Shown: piece after piece, positions 61,199-64,000 of the stretch
Position numbering within the stretch: the stretch's first letter is position 1
How the letters are laid out: the number at the start of each line of letters is the position of its first letter
NCBI GenBank assembly: GCA_965644495.1
Contig: CBFFSA010000006.1
Span: forward strand, 1-64,000
Source: Perkinsela sp. CCAP 1560/9
Lineage: Eukaryota; Protista; Euglenozoa: Kinetoplastea
DNA: 64,000 nucleotides
Direction: 5' to 3'
Position numbers and translations under genes: made by a program
The notes under the pieces: generated by a model
Told to the model about the DNA's origin: nothing
Databases searched by the model: none
Seen by the model: the letters and a program-made list of their open reading frames with translations, nothing else

Positions 61199-62431
61199 AT
61201 GTCACAATTCGATACTCAGTTCCACGCAGTTTATCTTTTGACCTCAGCGGATCCCGCAAAGTCAACTTTGACGTATATTGGGTATACCGTTAATCCTGAA
61301 CGCCGCCTTCGACAGCATAATGGGGAGATCACAGCTGGTGCTTTTCGTACGCAAAAGGTTGGAAGGCCTTGGCGCATGGAACTCTGTATATTTGGATTTC
61401 CTAACAAACATGTTGCACTTCAGTTTGAATGGAATTGGCAGCATCCTCATCTTTCCTGCGGGCTACTTCGCGCTAAATGTCAAGAGATGAAAGGCAATGT
61501 GGGGCAACGTTGGGCGTATAAAGCTAAACTCGCCATTCTGCACGAATTGTTGCAACTTTCACCCTGGAACAAGCTTTCGATGACGATATTTTTTATTGGC
61601 CACGGAAAGGAGAGGTACGATTCTACTTTGATGCATATGCGTGGTTCCACTCCCAATAAAGTGCGGATCAAGAGGGGTAATTACTATGCAGTGCCAGAAC
61701 TCAATAAATTGATCAAAATCGCGCAGGGATCTTTTGAACAATTGCGAGCGCACATCACTGGTTTCGATTTTCTTAGCGATGATGAAAGTCATTCAGAAGA
61801 GTTCGTGCAGAATGAATTGAGTAATGACAGGCAAGGTACACCAGATTTCGTGGTGGAAGAACAGTTAAACAACCGAGATCTGAATTGTTCGCGTAAAATA
61901 TTAGAGAGTGATGGAGAAGATTTCTTTTCTCTTATAGAAGGATTAACGCAGGCACCTAAGGAAGAAGTATTTTTGTATCGCAGTGCTCAGAATAACGGGA
62001 AGAAAGCTTCCAACGTACATTGCATCTCCTCGGAAGGCATTTCTCAATGCCTTATGGCATCCGAAATGAAGGATAACATTTGCTGTTATTTTTGCTCGAC
62101 GATTGTTCCTTTCAATTGCATGTTGACCTGTGTACATCCATGTACTTTTGCGACGCATCTTTTGTGCCTATCTGACTGGTTTCAAGCTTGTCGACCCGTA
62201 AAAAAGGATAGCAATAACGTTTACGAAGAAAATTTGTATGATTATTTTGTTCCAGCGCATGCCGCACCTTGCCCGCTTTGTGGCAAAACTCGGTTTTGGA
62301 GTGAATACGTTGCCTTACTCAAAAGGAAATCAAGACGATGTGAGTCTCAACAATCGCAAGATGAAAAAACAAGTCTCAAATATCGAAAAAGCGAATTTCG
62401 AAAACGTGTCAGAGAGATGCAGAATCTGTAG
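61199..62431 (+). CDS. SLX1: Structure-specific endonuclease subunit SLX1 (GIY-YIG + RING)
   Basis: VYLL.S...TYIGYTVNPERRLRQHNGEI.AGA, PW.M...GFPN..ALQFEW.WQHP; C-terminal RING-like Cys/His cluster. Confidence 0.93.
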   Translation: MSQFDTQFHAVYLLTSADPAKSTLTYIGYTVNPERRLRQHNGEITAGAFRTQKVGRPWRMELCIFGFPNKHVALQFEWNWQHPHLSCGLLRAKCQEMKGNVGQRWAYKAKLAILHELLQLSPWNKLSMTIFFIGHGKERYDSTLMHMRGSTPNKVRIKRGNYYAVPELNKLIKIAQGSFEQLRAHITGFDFLSDDESHSEEFVQNELSNDRQGTPDFVVEEQLNNRDLNCSRKILESDGEDFFSLIEGLTQAPKEEVFLYRSAQNNGKKASNVHCISSEGISQCLMASEMKDNICCYFCSTIVPFNCMLTCVHPCTFATHLLCLSDWFQACRPVKKDSNNVYEENLYDYFVPAHAAPCPLCGKTRFWSEYVALLKRKSRRCESQQSQDEKTSLKYRKSEFRKRVREMQNL

Positions 62432-63070
62432 ATTATTAATGCAACCTACTTAATTGTCATTGCTCTACCTCCCTATTTAGAGCGTTGAAACCTGTTAAGT
62501 TTTACCTGGATTTTCCAGGACACCTTTTTTGGGGCGTTTTTTGGAAGGGGTATCTTGTGAAAACAACGGCGTAGAAAGCTAGTATATAGGTCCCAAACTC
62601 TCAAAATACAATAGGCGAAACGATTAAAAAAACTTTAAGCCATGTTTTTCGCAAAGTTCGATTTTTTTCAGAAAATATCCGAACTTGGCGGTCCCGTCCT
62701 GTTGATTCCAGGGGGGGTGTCCCCGAGTACGGGGGTGGAAAATGTGCCCCAAGACTTCGGCTACCCTTTCTGGGAGTTTATTTTGAAAAATATTTTTTTC
62801 AAAAATTTGTCTTGCTTATGAACCGCATTTGAAATAGACATTAAGCCTTTCTTTCTATCTTTCGTAGATGCAGGAAGGGATTCGTAATATGCGAAGACGC
62901 GTAAACTTGATGAGCGTCTTCTTCGGACGGCGATGCCTCAAAATCACCTTCTATAGAACTACATTCAGAAACAATTTCCCAAGTGGTTTCCCAACGTTTC
63001 AGCTCTTCCGAATGGCGCTTCAAGCATTCGGATGCGACAGTTTCCATGATGTCATTTTGAAGTGAAAAAA

Positions 63071-63225
63071 CCTATTTGGATATTAAAGTGCTATTTGGGT
63101 ATTAAAGTGACTATTTGGATATTAAAGTGCCTATTTGGATATTAAAGTGCTATTTGGGTATTAAAGTGCCTATTTGGATGTTAAAGTGCCTATTTGGATA
63201 TTAAAGTGCCTATTTGGATTTTAAA
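63071..63225 (+). repeat. Minisatellite, 19-20-bp unit CCTATTTGGATATTAAAGTG x ~7.8
   Basis: Head-to-tail copies with no spacers; 19-bp GGGT variants at units 2 and 5. Confidence 0.95.
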
Positions 63226-63653
63226 CCGCAGCCCGGATCACCAAAAGTGCAAGTGCCGCAGTTTCCCACAAGAAAAACGGTATCTCCCTTATGGCATGAG
63301 AGCGTACAGGCGCATAGAAAGGTGGAGATAACGTTTTTCCTGTGGGAAGCCGCCGCACCTGCACTTTTGGCATCTCCCTATTTAACTTTAGCGTTCATTA
63401 GCCAACAAAAATATTATGGGCTCGTTTTTTGGTTCATGGAGAAAACTTTCTTAATCGAACCCCCTATTTGAAAGACCAATGTCCGAAATTGGCGCACTCT
63501 TAAGGAGGGGGAACAGTAGTTCTCTACGCTGTATACAAGACGGATTCATGACCTTCCGTCGTGCTCATCTCTTACACGTAAATGTTCAATATATTTGGTT
63601 CTTTGATGTGTCCTTTGGGACCTTCTTATCAGCTATTTTCTTGTGTTAATAAC

Positions 63654-64000
63654 ATGCCCTCCAAGCATGAGACAATGGTAAAGCGACTTAACGAGCTCGG
63701 ATATGCTTTGAAGGATGCAAAGACAGCTTTGCGGCGATGTAATTACAATTTGGAGGCAGCAACTGATCTCCTTATGAATACGACTGAATCAGAAAAACAG
63801 GGCGATACACTGAACCAGGATAGGTTGATCAGTGCCCAAAGTCACATCGATGTAGATCATGCGGCTGAAAGACATATTTTCACTTCCAATGTCGTTTCTA
63901 CATCTGGAAATATTCCGCAGAAACCTGTACGAGTTCACCCATGTATCGTACAGTATGGAGTTTGTAAATATGGGGATACATGTAAGTACGCCACAATGCC
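63654..64000 (+). CDS. Partial CDS (runs off the window): UBA domain + CCCH-like zinc finger
   Basis: Not in the ORF track; hand translation gives MPSKHETMVKRLNELGYALKDAKTALRRCNYNLEAATDLL...PCIVQYGVCKYGDTCKYA, open to the window end. Confidence 0.8.
   Translation, partial: MPSKHETMVKRLNELGYALKDAKTALRRCNYNLEAATDLLMNTTESEKQGDTLNQDRLISAQSHIDVDHAAERHIFTSNVVSTSGNIPQKPVRVHPCIVQYGVCKYGDTCKYATM

Noticed and set aside
1197-62431. Stop-codon reassignment (Blastocrithidia-type code)
   Set aside because: Conserved genes are full length in the standard code, and long ORFs end in TAA, TAG and TGA.
63071-63225. Possible CRISPR array or plasmid iterons
   Set aside because: Contiguous repeats with no spacers, no cas or rep genes, eukaryotic context.

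Overview
Eukaryotic, not prokaryotic: an intron-less cluster of about 31 genes, all on the + strand, as in kinetoplastid polycistronic units. The SAHH sequence and the N-terminal-half-only SDHB point to Euglenozoa/Kinetoplastea. Compactness, a divergent mitochondrion-oriented gene set and the LRR type suggest a Perkinsela-like lineage (inference). The window opens with ~640 bp of a non-canonical 12-nt repeat (CCCCCCCTGGAT)n oriented like a telomere. Housekeeping genes follow: SAHH, CCT7, biotin ligase, SEC23, DCC1, SDH2N, DUS1, PheRS-beta, RPL26, SCS-beta, SLX1, plus several putative mitochondrial RNA/DNA-binding proteins. Two layers are not explained by the gene list. (1) Recurrent ~0.3-1.2 kb bipolar C-rich-then-G-rich skew domains overwrite codon choice and amino-acid composition inside genes; these are candidate replication origins or internal transcription-initiation sites. 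(2) Several TA-flanked Tc1/mariner-type elements are present (one with a DDE remnant, plus MITEs), a class not expected in trypanosomatids. All calls come from reading motifs by eye; no database searches were run.
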